DNA of 64,000 nt, taken from positions 295,669 to 359,668 of the forward strand of contig CANNBJ010000004.1 in assembly GCA_947502835.1 (NCBI GenBank), given 5' to 3'. The position numbers and the translations under genes are program-made. Shown piece after piece: positions 39,219 to 49,020 of this stretch (position 1 is its first letter; each line of letters starts with the position of its first letter). Below the pieces are notes generated by a model that saw only the letters and a list, made by a program, of their open reading frames with translations, had not been told where the DNA came from and ran no database searches. The stretch is from Bdellovibrionales bacterium (GTDB lineage Bacteria > Bdellovibrionota > UBA1018 > CAIMNF01).

Positions 39219-39998
39219 TCAGTCCGAAGTCGTCACCATCTGCGGGATCGGCTCGGTTCCATACACCCGCTGGTAGGCTTGCTTCAGGTGGAACCAGCGA
39301 TAAAACACCACGGCAAGAAGGAGGCCGCTCACGATGTCCGCCACATAATGCTGCTTGGTGGTGAGAGTGGAGAGCGCAATCAGAGTGGACCACACAAAGA
39401 AGATCCTGAATCTTACAGGGCTCTTGTCGGACAGAAACGCGAATGACGAGAGGTACACCGAGCTCACGTGAAGACTGGGAAGGCAATTCGTCGCGGCATC
39501 CTGGGTTCGCAGCCAAGTCCAGATCGAGCTGAGCCATGCGGGAGTGTCGGCGGGAACCGGATAGTTTTCGCGTGGATAGATGGTAGGGAACACAACGAAA
39601 ATCGTACAGCTCAGGACCTGCAGAAAAAAGAAGGAGTAGAGGTACTTGTTGATGTTGTCGTGGTGCCGAAGAAGGATGTAGACGAACGCAAAATAAAAAT
39701 ACTCGCTGATGTAGATCAGGACCGAATGTGGAATGAAAGGAGTGTTGAGGTCAATCCACGTCATCGGGAGGAGGCGGGGTTCGCTGAAGGGGTGGTGGTT
39801 CGTGAAGTAGTAAAACGCGTAGCCCAAGGCATACATGATGGCGCCTGCGATGTACTTGTTCTTCCGGGTCACAAACAGGGGAAGTTTCAACATAGGGGTA
39901 CCATACCTTAAATCCGACCAAATCGCATCGATTAAGTGATTGCAAAGCGCCCAGTTTGCTTGATGTTCCGGGGTGCCCCTGATAGGGTCCTGAGTCAC
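39219..39998 (-). CDS. PAP2-superfamily membrane protein (phosphatidic acid phosphatase type 2 / lipid phosphotransferase-like)
   Basis: PAP2 motifs PSLHVS and TKQHYVADIVSG. Multiple TM helices. Confidence 0.6.
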   Translation of the reverse strand: MTQDPIRGTPEHQANWALCNHLIDAIWSDLRYGTPMLKLPLFVTRKNKYIAGAIMYALGYAFYYFTNHHPFSEPRLLPMTWIDLNTPFIPHSVLIYISEYFYFAFVYILLRHHDNINKYLYSFFFLQVLSCTIFVVFPTIYPRENYPVPADTPAWLSSIWTWLRTQDAATNCLPSLHVSSVYLSSFAFLSDKSPVRFRIFFVWSTLIALSTLTTKQHYVADIVSGLLLAVVFYRWFHLKQAYQRVYGTEPIPQMVTTSD

Positions 39999-40042
39999 AA
40001 AGGAATTACAGGAACTTAACCACTTTTTCGGGGAGTTTTTCC

Positions 40043-41473
40043 ATGTTTCTCGACAGTCTCAAGCAAGCCTATCCCATCCTGATTTTGCTCCTGGCCGTTT
40101 GGATCGTGCTCTCCAGGCTCCCGAAGGTGGAGCTCGGGCATACTGCCGAATTTAAACGAAGGCGCTTGTGGAATTGGCTTCCACTCGGACTGACTTATGC
40201 ATTCCTGTACATGGGCCGCTACAACCTCACCGTCAGCAAGAATGCCTTCGGGGATCTGATGTCAAATGCCGACTTCGGGAAAATCTTCGGTGTCGGGACC
40301 ATCGTCTACGGATTTGCCTTTGTGATCAACGGGCCGCTGACCGACAAGATGGGCGGCCGCAAGGCGATTCTTGTGAGTGCCATCGGGGCTTCGATTGCGA
40401 ATTTCCTCATGGGACTTGTGACGTATTTCGGATGGACCGGGAATCTCGTTCTCACGTTTTCGGTTCTGTATGCGCTCAACATGTATTTCCAGAGCTTCGG
40501 AGCGGTTGCGATCGTGAAGGTGAACTCGTCCTGGTTCCATGTGCGCGAGCGCGGCACCTTTGGCGGGATTTTCGGGATTCTGATTTCACTGGGTCTCTAT
40601 TTTGCCTATGACTGGGGCGCGATCATTACGAAAAGCTTCTCGCTGCCTTGGGTGTTTTTCGTTCCGACCCTCATTTTGATCTGCTTTTTCATGATCGCCT
40701 TCGCGCTGGTCCGCGATCACCCCTCCGAGGCGGGCTTCCAGGATTTTGATCCGGGGGATGCGAAAGTGGGCGAGGGAAAATCCCTGACCGTTGTTCAGGT
40801 TGCAAAGCTCATGTTTGCGAACCCCGTGATCCTGACGATCTCCCTGATCGAGTTTTGCAGTGGATTTCTTCGAAATGCGATCATGCAGCTCTACGTGCAC
40901 TTTTCAAAGCAAACCGGGATCTCGCAAACCTTCGTTCCAAAGAACTGGGGGCTGCTCCTGTGTTGCGCCGGAATTCTGGGCGGCGTGTTTGCCGGGACGG
41001 TTTCGGACAAGTTTTTCCAGTCCCGCCGTGGACCCGTATCGGCGGTCCTGTACGGGATCATGTTGGTGGGTGGCGTCTTCGCAAGCTTCATGCTGACAAG
41101 CGAACACCTCGGGTTCTTGTTTGTCACCATGTCGATGGCGATCATTGGTGTGCATGGAATGCTCTCGGGCACGGCGAGCATGGACTTTGGCGGCAAGAAA
41201 AACGTGGGCACCGCTGTGGGCCTGATTGACGGAATGGTGTACCTCGGTACAGCCGCTCAATCGGTTTTTTATGGCGCGATTCTCCCCAATGGCGACGCCG
41301 CAAAAGATCCGGCCAACTGGCAGGCCTGGCCTGTTGCCATGATTCCCATGGCGCTCATCGGGTTCTTGCTCGCGCTCAGGCTCTGGAACGCACACCCGTC
41401 CAAGGGGCGGGACACGAAGCCCGATTTGAAGGTGCCGGTGACACTTACGGCCGAGCAGGCCAATCAGGGTTGA
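40043..41473 (+). CDS. MFS transporter (organophosphate:Pi antiporter / oxalate-formate-like)
   Basis: 12-TM-like hydropathy. MFS signature YMGRYNLTVS after TM1. Confidence 0.65.
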   Translation: MFLDSLKQAYPILILLLAVWIVLSRLPKVELGHTAEFKRRRLWNWLPLGLTYAFLYMGRYNLTVSKNAFGDLMSNADFGKIFGVGTIVYGFAFVINGPLTDKMGGRKAILVSAIGASIANFLMGLVTYFGWTGNLVLTFSVLYALNMYFQSFGAVAIVKVNSSWFHVRERGTFGGIFGILISLGLYFAYDWGAIITKSFSLPWVFFVPTLILICFFMIAFALVRDHPSEAGFQDFDPGDAKVGEGKSLTVVQVAKLMFANPVILTISLIEFCSGFLRNAIMQLYVHFSKQTGISQTFVPKNWGLLLCCAGILGGVFAGTVSDKFFQSRRGPVSAVLYGIMLVGGVFASFMLTSEHLGFLFVTMSMAIIGVHGMLSGTASMDFGGKKNVGTAVGLIDGMVYLGTAAQSVFYGAILPNGDAAKDPANWQAWPVAMIPMALIGFLLALRLWNAHPSKGRDTKPDLKVPVTLTAEQANQG

Positions 41474-41486
41474 TGGGCGGATCATC

Positions 41487-42725
41487 ATGGAGTGGACTGC
41501 AGATCAGACCCGCGCACTTGAGATTCTTTCCGGGCAGAACAATGTGTTTTTGACCGGCGGGGCGGGCACGGGCAAGTCCACCGTGATCTCGGAATTCATC
41601 CGAAAGCAGGAATCCGTGGCGGTTCTTGCATCCACGGGCACCGCGGCCATCCTGCTGGGCGGACGAACCCTTCATTCGTTTTTCGGACTTGGAATCATGG
41701 AAGGTGGTGCCGACGCGGTGGTGGAGCGGGCACTCAAGCACCGCGGGATCGTTCAGCGCCTGCGTAAAACAAAGACGGTGCTCATTGATGAGATTTCCAT
41801 GATCGGTTCCTCCGAGCTTCAATGCGCGGAAAAGATTGCGCGGAAGGCACGCGCGAACTCCGCCCCCTGGGGAGGGCTTCGGATTGTGGCGATCGGAGAT
41901 TTTGCCCAATTGCCTCCGGTGGTCCGTTCCGTTCCGGGGCAAACCGAAACCCAGCGTCCCTGGTGTTTTTCCTCCGAGGTCTGGCGCAATACACTCTTTG
42001 ATCCGGTGGTGATGAAAGAGATTGTCCGTTCGCGGGACTCCGAGTGGAACCGCGTCCTGGGAGAAATCCGCTTCGGTGAAATCGAGGAGCATTCCTTTTC
42101 AATCCTTCAGGAGCGGGTGAGGCCCGTGGGGCTCCAGTTTGAGGGAACCCGGCTGTTTGCGAGGAGAAATCAGGTGGATTCCTTGAACTCGGATCGACTG
42201 AAGATGTTGCCGGGAGCTGCTCGCGAGTATCCAACCGTCTACATGGGGAACGCCCAGCGGTTGGATGAGCTGAAGCGCAATGCCCCGATTCCTGAGTTTT
42301 TGTTTCTGAAGGAGGGAGCTCTGGTGATGTTCCGCCAGAATGATCCGGAATACCGGTTTGTGAACGGCACCCTCGGAAAGATCGTGAAGCTCAAGGATCA
42401 TGAAGTCGAAGTGGAATTGTTTTCCGGAAAAACGATTGAAATGAAACCGGCAACCTTCAGCATGCTCGATGCCGAAGGAAACGTGCTTGCGAGTGCCACG
42501 AATTTTCCGCTCAATCTTGCTTGGGCCTGCACGATTCACAAGGCCCAGGGTGCGACCCTCGACCGTGTGCATGCCGATCTGAACGGAGTCTGGGAGCACG
42601 GGCAAAGTTACGTAGCCCTCTCTCGGGTCAGGTCCTCCGAGGATCTTTCGCTCTCGGGCCTGAGCCCACGAAGTTTCAGGCTTGATCCCGAAGTCGCCGG
42701 ATTCTATCGATCACTCCGGGTGTGA
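41487..42725 (+). CDS. Pif1/RecD-family ATP-dependent DNA helicase
   Basis: TGGAGTGKST Walker A. VLIDEISM Walker B. C-terminal motif WACTIHKAQG. Confidence 0.75.
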   Translation: MEWTADQTRALEILSGQNNVFLTGGAGTGKSTVISEFIRKQESVAVLASTGTAAILLGGRTLHSFFGLGIMEGGADAVVERALKHRGIVQRLRKTKTVLIDEISMIGSSELQCAEKIARKARANSAPWGGLRIVAIGDFAQLPPVVRSVPGQTETQRPWCFSSEVWRNTLFDPVVMKEIVRSRDSEWNRVLGEIRFGEIEEHSFSILQERVRPVGLQFEGTRLFARRNQVDSLNSDRLKMLPGAAREYPTVYMGNAQRLDELKRNAPIPEFLFLKEGALVMFRQNDPEYRFVNGTLGKIVKLKDHEVEVELFSGKTIEMKPATFSMLDAEGNVLASATNFPLNLAWACTIHKAQGATLDRVHADLNGVWEHGQSYVALSRVRSSEDLSLSGLSPRSFRLDPEVAGFYRSLRV

Positions 42726-42815
42726 TGGTTTTGTGGACTGGCATCTTTGAGCGCGCGTGGAATTTGGATTTTTGTTGGTAATCCCCTTGGATTTACGAAG
42801 ATTTGGACTCCGAGG

Positions 42816-43124
42816 TTATATTTTGGATTCAACCCGAGCAACCAGAGAGTACAAACGGTCAAAGTGGTACATTCCTGTTCGGTGTCCATCGCTCCACTCA
42901 ATGTGGATTCCGTACCGACCAACGGGCTCGATCTTGGTGGGTCGAACGCCGGGGTTCAGGGTCTCGCGTTTCAAGGTACGCTTGCCCGTCATCTCATCCA
43001 CACAGGTGGCACACGGGCACTCGAAACGCAGGTCGAGGTAGGAGAGGGTGAATTCCTCTCCCGTATCAAAACCGAGCAGGATCCGGGATTCGTCCGCGGG
43101 GCGGACTTTGGTGAGATTGGCCAT
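42816..43124 (-). CDS. DUF971 (gamma-butyrobetaine hydroxylase-like N-terminal domain) protein
   Basis: LRFECPCATC and IEWSDGH motifs typical of DUF971. 102 aa. Confidence 0.6.
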   Translation of the reverse strand: MANLTKVRPADESRILLGFDTGEEFTLSYLDLRFECPCATCVDEMTGKRTLKRETLNPGVRPTKIEPVGRYGIHIEWSDGHRTGMYHFDRLYSLVARVESKI

Positions 43125-43186
43125 GCGGATGGTTTACCATAAAATGCATTCCAAAATCGGAAAAGTTCCCCTAAGATCACGGCTCC

Positions 43187-44119
43187 ATGGAGCGACTTCC
43201 ATCGAAAAGCTTGAGCCGACTTCTTGACCCCTTGAATCGCCTGTACCGCCATCGGATCGCAAAGAAAATTGCGATGGCGCTCCGGGATACTCCGATCACG
43301 GCAAACCAGGTGACGCTTGCGCACACGTGCGTGGGTGTGTCCGCGGCTTCCATGGTTTTTTTCAAGCAGTATGTTCTGGCGGTCCTTCTCCTTGAACTTC
43401 GCACCATCCTGGATTGCACGGACGGAATTCTTGCGCGACTGAAGGACAGCGCAACCCCCCTTGGCCGCACGCTCGATACCATCGGGGACGGGGTCACGTT
43501 CAATGCCCTGATGATTGCAGGGGCTCTCAGGATCATTCTGGATTTTCCCGGGTACCGACCGTCCCTGATCCTGATTGCCGTGTTCTTTTTTGCCATGATC
43601 GCCGCCCACTGCGGAAGCGTCTACATGCTTATGAAACGCAAGCTCGGGTCGATCATTCTCGAGCAGATCGACACCGTGGAGCGGGAGTGGCGGGAACAGG
43701 CGGCAAAAGTCTACGGTGAGACCAGTTCCTGGATCTCCCGCTTCGGGTATTGGCTGGATACCTTCACGATCCGCTTTGTCTCGGAAGAATGGTACGAGAA
43801 GATCAAGAAACGCCGGAAAGCCGAGGACTGGGAGGCCCGCGCACTTTCGGATGCGACCACCATGAATGAGCTCGCACGGAAAACGAGAAAGACCGAGTTT
43901 GATCATGCAGTCCGCTTCACGGCATTTGTGAGTGATGACAATATTTTCGCCGTCATGAGCCTGAGCTTTCTTCTGACCGAAGCCTTTCCCCTGACGATCT
44001 TTCCCCATGTACATCCTGTTTTGATCGCATTTTCGGCCGGATTCGCCTACGCGATCCTTTCCCTGATCCTCGGGCTCCACTACCTGCATGTGTTTTATCA
44101 TGGCGTTTACCGTGATTAG
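43187..44119 (+). CDS. CDP-alcohol phosphatidyltransferase family protein
   Basis: DCTDGILARL...GRTLDTIGDG matches the D-G-x2-A-R...G-x3-D-x3-D signature. Multi-TM. Confidence 0.7.
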   Translation: MERLPSKSLSRLLDPLNRLYRHRIAKKIAMALRDTPITANQVTLAHTCVGVSAASMVFFKQYVLAVLLLELRTILDCTDGILARLKDSATPLGRTLDTIGDGVTFNALMIAGALRIILDFPGYRPSLILIAVFFFAMIAAHCGSVYMLMKRKLGSIILEQIDTVEREWREQAAKVYGETSSWISRFGYWLDTFTIRFVSEEWYEKIKKRRKAEDWEARALSDATTMNELARKTRKTEFDHAVRFTAFVSDDNIFAVMSLSFLLTEAFPLTIFPHVHPVLIAFSAGFAYAILSLILGLHYLHVFYHGVYRD

Positions 44120-44169
44120 CGAAAATTCCCTTTTCATTTCGCCCCTCTCGAAGGCAAGATGATCGGGTC

Positions 44170-44952
44170 GTGAACCTTGCAGAGAAACTGAAGACTTCCG
44201 TGGAATGGATCGGAGAGCTGACCTTGTTCATGGGGCGTACGCTCCAGAGCATGGGACACATCCGGAGACGCTCCGGGATCTTCCTGAATCAGTGTGAATT
44301 CATCGGGGTGAGCAGCCTTGGCATCTTGTGTGTGGCTGCGGTCTTCATTGGAGCCGTGCTCGGCTATCAGTTGTACAAGTCCTTTGAACTCTTCGGCGCC
44401 CAAGCTCTTGTGGGTGGAACGCTTGGAGTGGGGATTTTCCGCGAAATGGCTCCCGTCATTGGAGCCATCATGGTCACCGGGCGGGCAGGTGCCGGAATCG
44501 GTGCGGAGGTGGCAAGCATGAGAGTGACCGAGCAGATCGACGCACTTGAGGTGATGGGAGTGAATCCCTACGAGTATCTCGTGCTCCCGCGCGTGCTTGC
44601 CGGTGCCGCGATGATGCCTCTTCTTGCATTCCTGTTCGGAGGTGTTTCCACGGTTTCCTCCGCGTTGATCGCCTGTTCGGTGCTCGATTTGAGCTATCCG
44701 GTGTTCTGGAAGGGGTTTCGCCAGTGGACGGATTGGATCGATCTTCTGCATTGTTTTGTGAAGAGCGTTTCCTTCGGTGCGGCACTTGCGTGGATGGGCT
44801 GTTTTTTCGGATTTCGTGCAAGTGGTGGCGCCCGCTCGGTCGGGTTGTCAACCCGCTCCACGGTGGTGGCTGCGTGTTTGATGATTCTACTTTTGGACTA
44901 TTTTTGGACCATGATTCTTCCGCTGCGTGCGGAGCGGTTGTTTTTGAAGTGA
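44170..44952 (+). CDS. mlaE: MlaE-type ABC transporter permease (phospholipid transport)
   Basis: Characteristic REMAPVIGAIMVTGRAGAGIGAEVASMRVTEQIDALEVMGVNP segment. Confidence 0.8.
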   Translation: MNLAEKLKTSVEWIGELTLFMGRTLQSMGHIRRRSGIFLNQCEFIGVSSLGILCVAAVFIGAVLGYQLYKSFELFGAQALVGGTLGVGIFREMAPVIGAIMVTGRAGAGIGAEVASMRVTEQIDALEVMGVNPYEYLVLPRVLAGAAMMPLLAFLFGGVSTVSSALIACSVLDLSYPVFWKGFRQWTDWIDLLHCFVKSVSFGAALAWMGCFFGFRASGGARSVGLSTRSTVVAACLMILLLDYFWTMILPLRAERLFLK

Positions 44953-44984
44953 ATGGGATTGACTGAAGCAGGGCGGAGACGGGA

Positions 44985-46481
44985 ATGGCAAACGCAAACG
45001 AAGCAAGTCGGGCAACAAAGTTCAAAACGGGGATCTTTACTACGGTGGGAATCCTGTTTCTGGGAGGCCTCACAGTTTACATCAACAACAAACCGTACTG
45101 GTGGCGTCCCTGCGAAACCGTTCAGGTGACGATCGAGGATGCCACCGGACTCAAGATGAAATCCCCCGTGAAATCGCTCGGGCTGGATATCGGCTATGTT
45201 TCCGACATCGGTCTGGTTGCAGCAGGAGTGAATCTCCGCATTTGTGTCACGGCACCGGTTTCGATCACACCGGAAACCAAGGCGTATGTGAGGAGCGAAG
45301 GGTTCCTGGGCGACAAGTTCTTGGAGCTTAAACCCGTGAAATACACAGGTGAGCATACGCTCGAGGAGCCGGGTTCACAGCCGAAAGCGCCATCGACACC
45401 TGCAACCGGGGTGCCTGCCGGACCATCTTCCGGGGTTCGACCTGTGGAGCAAAAGGCCGACGATTCCGAGACGCACTCCGGACGAAGGAGGGGCGGCTTG
45501 TCTCTGGCTTGGGTGTGGGAAATGGCATTTCCGAGCGCGCACGCCGATACCAAGAGCGTCCCGGTGGGCGAGAAGTCGACCGACATGCAAGCGCTCATGG
45601 GTGAAATGAAGAGCCTTACCACGACGCTGAAAGAGTCGATCAATCCGGATGAAATCCGCTCCACCATCCGTCAGCTCAATAAAACCCTCGAAGAGGCCTC
45701 GAAAACACTTTCGCCCCAGGGTGGCCTGACCCAGACTGCGCAACGTTCGCTCATCAAGCTGGAGGATGCGATCGATCAGATGCGTGATCAGATAACACGG
45801 ATCAATCAAGGTCAAGGCTCGGTGGGGATGGTGCTGAATGACCCGGCTTATGCAGAAGAACTCAAGAAAGCCCTGAAGGCACTCAATCGATTGCTTGGTC
45901 GGGCAGGTGAAATGCGGCTGGAAATGAATCTCGGAATTTACCAGTTGCCGGCCTTTGAGGCGGCTCGTGCCTCCGTGCTGCTTTCCATTTACCCAAGACC
46001 CGATCGCTATTACCTGCTCGGAGTGGATATGGATCCCCGGGGTGTTTACACCCAGAAAATCACCACGACCGAGATCAGTGGAGCAGGTGCTCCGAATACG
46101 GTGAGTGCCACGGTTCAGGACAAAGGTGGTTTCAACCTCACGGTCATGTTTGGAAGGATCTTGAAGAATCGCTATGACATCAGCGTGGGGCTGCTCCGAG
46201 GGGATGGTGCCGCGTCTTTTGGTGTGAACCTCGGGCCATCCGAGTCACCGCAGCAATTCCAGATTAAAACAGACCTGTATTTTCGCCCGAAAACCATCAA
46301 TGGAATTTGGACTGCCCAGGCAGATGCCCGTATCTATACGATCTTTCAGCCAATTTCGATCTTTTATGTGAGCGCCGGGGTCGAAGGATTCCGAAAAATC
46401 GATGGCCGATTTTCCTACCTCTTTGGTGGAGGGATGCGATTTGAGGACGAGGACATTAAACTCCTGTTCTCGTTCTTGTAA
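44985..46481 (+). CDS. MCE/MlaD-family substrate-binding protein with a long C-terminal extension
   Basis: N-terminal TM segment then MCE domain (VQVTIEDATGLKMKSPVKSLGLDIGYVSDI). Follows mlaE. Confidence 0.65.
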   Translation: MANANEASRATKFKTGIFTTVGILFLGGLTVYINNKPYWWRPCETVQVTIEDATGLKMKSPVKSLGLDIGYVSDIGLVAAGVNLRICVTAPVSITPETKAYVRSEGFLGDKFLELKPVKYTGEHTLEEPGSQPKAPSTPATGVPAGPSSGVRPVEQKADDSETHSGRRRGGLSLAWVWEMAFPSAHADTKSVPVGEKSTDMQALMGEMKSLTTTLKESINPDEIRSTIRQLNKTLEEASKTLSPQGGLTQTAQRSLIKLEDAIDQMRDQITRINQGQGSVGMVLNDPAYAEELKKALKALNRLLGRAGEMRLEMNLGIYQLPAFEAARASVLLSIYPRPDRYYLLGVDMDPRGVYTQKITTTEISGAGAPNTVSATVQDKGGFNLTVMFGRILKNRYDISVGLLRGDGAASFGVNLGPSESPQQFQIKTDLYFRPKTINGIWTAQADARIYTIFQPISIFYVSAGVEGFRKIDGRFSYLFGGGMRFEDEDIKLLFSFL

Positions 46482-46610
46482 TTTTCAGCGTTTTGTCCTA
46501 TCTTCGTAGGTCTTGATTGAAATTAACCTGTCCGGTGAGGGCTGTGTGTCAGCAGCCTGTACGGAGTGGCCTTGTGCCGATCCACGGACCTGTTCGGAGT
46601 ACATTCTCAA

Positions 46611-46781
46611 ATGCGCGAAAAAGTAAGGCTGATCTCTTCAGCAAAAACCGGGTATAGCTACTATACCACCAAGAACAAGCAAAAGCAGACCGACAAGATC
46701 CAGCTCAAGAAGTATGATCCCGTCGCCCGTAAGCACGTGTTGTTTACGGAAACCAAAATGCCAAGCCATTCCAAGAAGTAA
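46611..46781 (+). CDS. rpmG: 50S ribosomal protein L33
   Basis: [25 protein letters not shown]...[18 protein letters not shown] matches the L33 pattern. ORF track starts at 46566; Met at 46611 chosen. Confidence 0.8.
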   Translation: MREKVRLISSAKTGYSYYTTKNKQKQTDKIQLKKYDPVARKHVLFTETKMPSHSKK

Positions 46782-46796
46782 TCGGGAGCAAGAGCC

Positions 46797-47048
46797 ATGA
46801 GAGAAAATCTTCATCCAATTTATCGTGACGTTGTGTTCAAGGATCTGCAAAGCGGGTTCTCGTTCCTTACTCGTTCCACCATCCAAACCAAGGAAACCAT
46901 TACCTGGGAAGATGGAAAAGAGTACCCACTTGCGAAGGTCGAAATTTCTTCCAAGTCCCATCCGTTCTACACCGGCCAAGACCGTCGTGTGGATACGACC
47001 GGACGTGTTGAGAAGTTCATGAACAAGTACAAGAACCTCAAGAAGTAA
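46797..47048 (+). CDS. rpmE: 50S ribosomal protein L31, Cys-less (type B-like)
   Basis: [14 protein letters not shown]...[20 protein letters not shown] matches L31. No CxxC zinc motif. Confidence 0.8.
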   Translation: MRENLHPIYRDVVFKDLQSGFSFLTRSTIQTKETITWEDGKEYPLAKVEISSKSHPFYTGQDRRVDTTGRVEKFMNKYKNLKK

Positions 47049-47092
47049 AGCTTTCCTCCAACGGTAAATCCCGTTTAGCCACGGGAGTTGCC

Positions 47093-47138
47093 TAGGCCCT
47101 CTTCCTTTAGCCAGGAAGTGGGCCTTTTTTTTGGCCCG
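47093..47138 (+). terminator. intrinsic terminator downstream of rpmG-rpmE
   Basis: Hairpin ggccctcttcc-tttagcca-ggaagtgggcc (11-bp stem with one mismatch) followed by T8. Confidence 0.65.
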
Positions 47139-47174
47139 CCGTGAGTGGGAGTTATTTCAAGTGATTTAGAGCTA

Positions 47175-47284
47175 CCTTGCTTTGGATTGATGGTTCTTTG
47201 GCCTCCATGCCGCATCCTGCGGCCTCGCTTTCGTCAGTCCTGACTCGCGAGAGTCGGCCAAAGAACCATCAATCCAAAGCAAGG
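47175..47284. repeat. palindromic repeat element copy 2 (conserved core, 29-bp perfect copy-specific arms)
   Basis: Arms ccttgctttggattgatggttctttggcc / ggccaaagaaccatcaatccaaagcaagg. Core ...gccgcatcctgcggcctcgctttcgtcagtcctgactcgcgagagtcggcc. Confidence 0.7.
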
Positions 47285-47386
47285 CGGACCAAAGCACCTG
47301 AACGAGTGCACCACTACGGAGGGCCAAAAAAATGACCGCATCTTGGCATTTTTGAGCAGACTTATTCTCAGGGGGTCTTTTCGTCG

Positions 47387-47420
47387 GGAGTTACGACTTT
47401 TTGAGCGAGCCAAGGATGGC
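47387..47420. repeat. 34-bp perfect direct repeat, copy A (overlaps the 3' end and stop codon of the AAA+ ATPase gene)
   Basis: ggagttacgactttttgagcgagccaaggatggc is identical to 48804-48837. Confidence 0.85.
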
Positions 47421-48557
47421 TCCTGCCCATAGACGTTGCAAGAAAAGCTCGTAAGGGAGAATCTCGATTCCGTCTTCGGTTTTCGAGGCCTCGCTGAATC
47501 TACCCACGATCATTCCCCGGGGGACTTTGGATTCTTTTAAAAACGCCCGAAGGCCCTTGAAGTGATCGTCCTTCACTTGTTTTGAAAATTTGATTTCAAT
47601 CGCAATTTCACGATCGATGATCAGATCCACCTCATAAGATTTGCTTCGCCAATAACTCATTTCACTCAATGACCTTGAATAAGAAAGGTAGCTTCTGACC
47701 TCTGTCATGATGAACTGCTCAAAGGAGATGCCGATGTCACTATGTGCCTCGCTCAGGTGAAACCTCTTACAGAGGAAATTTGCAACACCACAATCAAACC
47801 AGTACAACTTCGAGCGGCTACTGCCTTTGCGACTCATTCGAGACCGATAGGGCTCAAGCGTGAACGCGAGCAGCGTATCCTTCAGGACTTCGAGATGGTT
47901 CTCAATGGTACGGGCGGGAACACCCGAATCACTGGCGAGTGCTGCAAAATTTAATTCTTGTCCGTTTCCAAGGGCAGCAACTTCAAGGAATCGGACAAAA
48001 CGCTCGTAATTTCGAACCAGAGCTTCGGCCTTGATCTCCTCTGAAAGATAGGTTCGGACATAGGCTTTGAGGTCCTGAAGGGGCTCTTCTGATTGATAGA
48101 TTCGAGGCAGGCCTCCGTAATTCAGGTAGCGAATCAAGTCGAAGTCTGTGATTTCAGAATGACTCAGGGGAAATAAATGGAGTTCGCGCGCCCTCCCCGC
48201 GAGTAGATTGGCTCCACCTCGCTTGAGTTTCCGCACCGAGCTTCCCGTCAAAAGAAACCGTTTTTCGCTGTTTTCAATGAGACGGTGAACCTCATCGAGC
48301 AATTTCGGAAGCTTTTGAATCTCATCGATGACTACGAAGCGAGTTTCAGGTTTGATTTTCTCAGACAAGGCCTTGGGTCGAAGGAGCAGTTCCTCGTAAA
48401 GATCATCATCAAGTAGATCAAAAATCTGCGCGTCCGGAAGACGGGAGCGAACCAGCGATGATTTGCCGGTTCCTCTTGGACCAAAAAGGAAGAGGTTTGA
48501 TTTTTGTAGATGTGCTTCCAGCTTTAGGGATCGAGGATACATGTCGAAAGTATACAA
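47391..48557 (-). CDS. AAA+ ATPase with C-terminal DUF4143-type domain, in a low-GC island
   Basis: Walker A LFGPRGTGKSSL. Walker B VVIDEIQKLP. Architecture typical of the DUF4143 ATPase family. GC clearly lower than flanks. Confidence 0.7.
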   Translation of the reverse strand: MYTFDMYPRSLKLEAHLQKSNLFLFGPRGTGKSSLVRSRLPDAQIFDLLDDDLYEELLLRPKALSEKIKPETRFVVIDEIQKLPKLLDEVHRLIENSEKRFLLTGSSVRKLKRGGANLLAGRARELHLFPLSHSEITDFDLIRYLNYGGLPRIYQSEEPLQDLKAYVRTYLSEEIKAEALVRNYERFVRFLEVAALGNGQELNFAALASDSGVPARTIENHLEVLKDTLLAFTLEPYRSRMSRKGSSRSKLYWFDCGVANFLCKRFHLSEAHSDIGISFEQFIMTEVRSYLSYSRSLSEMSYWRSKSYEVDLIIDREIAIEIKFSKQVKDDHFKGLRAFLKESKVPRGMIVGRFSEASKTEDGIEILPYELFLQRLWAGAILGSLKKS

Positions 48558-48803
48558 TAAACGGCAATTACTTGCTGAAAAATAATCAAAATCGGCAACA
48601 CAATGCTGAAATATCTTTTAATAATGATTTCATAAACTTGTAATTGCCCGAGGCGGGGGCGATCTCTCGGAAGAATCCCTTTTCATCGGGCCTGGCCTTC
48701 AGCCGTGTGGAGGAGCCCCCCTTTTGATTGATGAATTTTTGAAACTGGCCTCGTTCGCCGTTGATGGTTGGAAGATCGAATCAGTAAACCCTTTCATTCA
48801 TCA

Positions 48804-48837
48804 GGAGTTACGACTTTTTGAGCGAGCCAAGGATGGC
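48804..48837. repeat. 34-bp perfect direct repeat, copy B (duplicate of the ATPase 3' end, about 250 bp upstream of the ATPase start)
   Basis: Identical to 47387-47420. Confidence 0.85.
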
Positions 48838-48924
48838 GACAGCGAAAAGAACAGGATGTTCGGGGGGAGTGCCAAGTGGTCTCTTTGAGTGGGCATGGCC
48901 TTTGGGCTTGTGGAGGCGAACCCC

Positions 48925-49020
48925 TTTGGTTCTTGGAGGTTTAGCCGACTCTTGCGAGTCAGGACTGACGAAAGCAAGGCCGCAGGATGCGGCTCGGAGG
49001 CTAAACCTCCAAGAGCCAAA
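48925..49020. repeat. palindromic repeat element copy 3 (reverse orientation relative to copy 2), nested inside a further 21-bp inverted repeat (48878-48898 / 49047-49067)
   Basis: Arms tttggttcttggaggtttagcc / ggctaaacctccaagagccaaa. Core gccgactcttgcgagtcaggactgacgaaagcaaggccgcaggatgcggctcggagg. Outer IR ggtctctttgagtgggcatgg versus ccatgcccactcaaagaggcc. Confidence 0.7.

Noticed and set aside
46482-46610. Possible small RNA or tRNA-like structure upstream of rpmG
   Set aside because: No cloverleaf or conserved T-loop sequence found. Most likely promoter/5' UTR.
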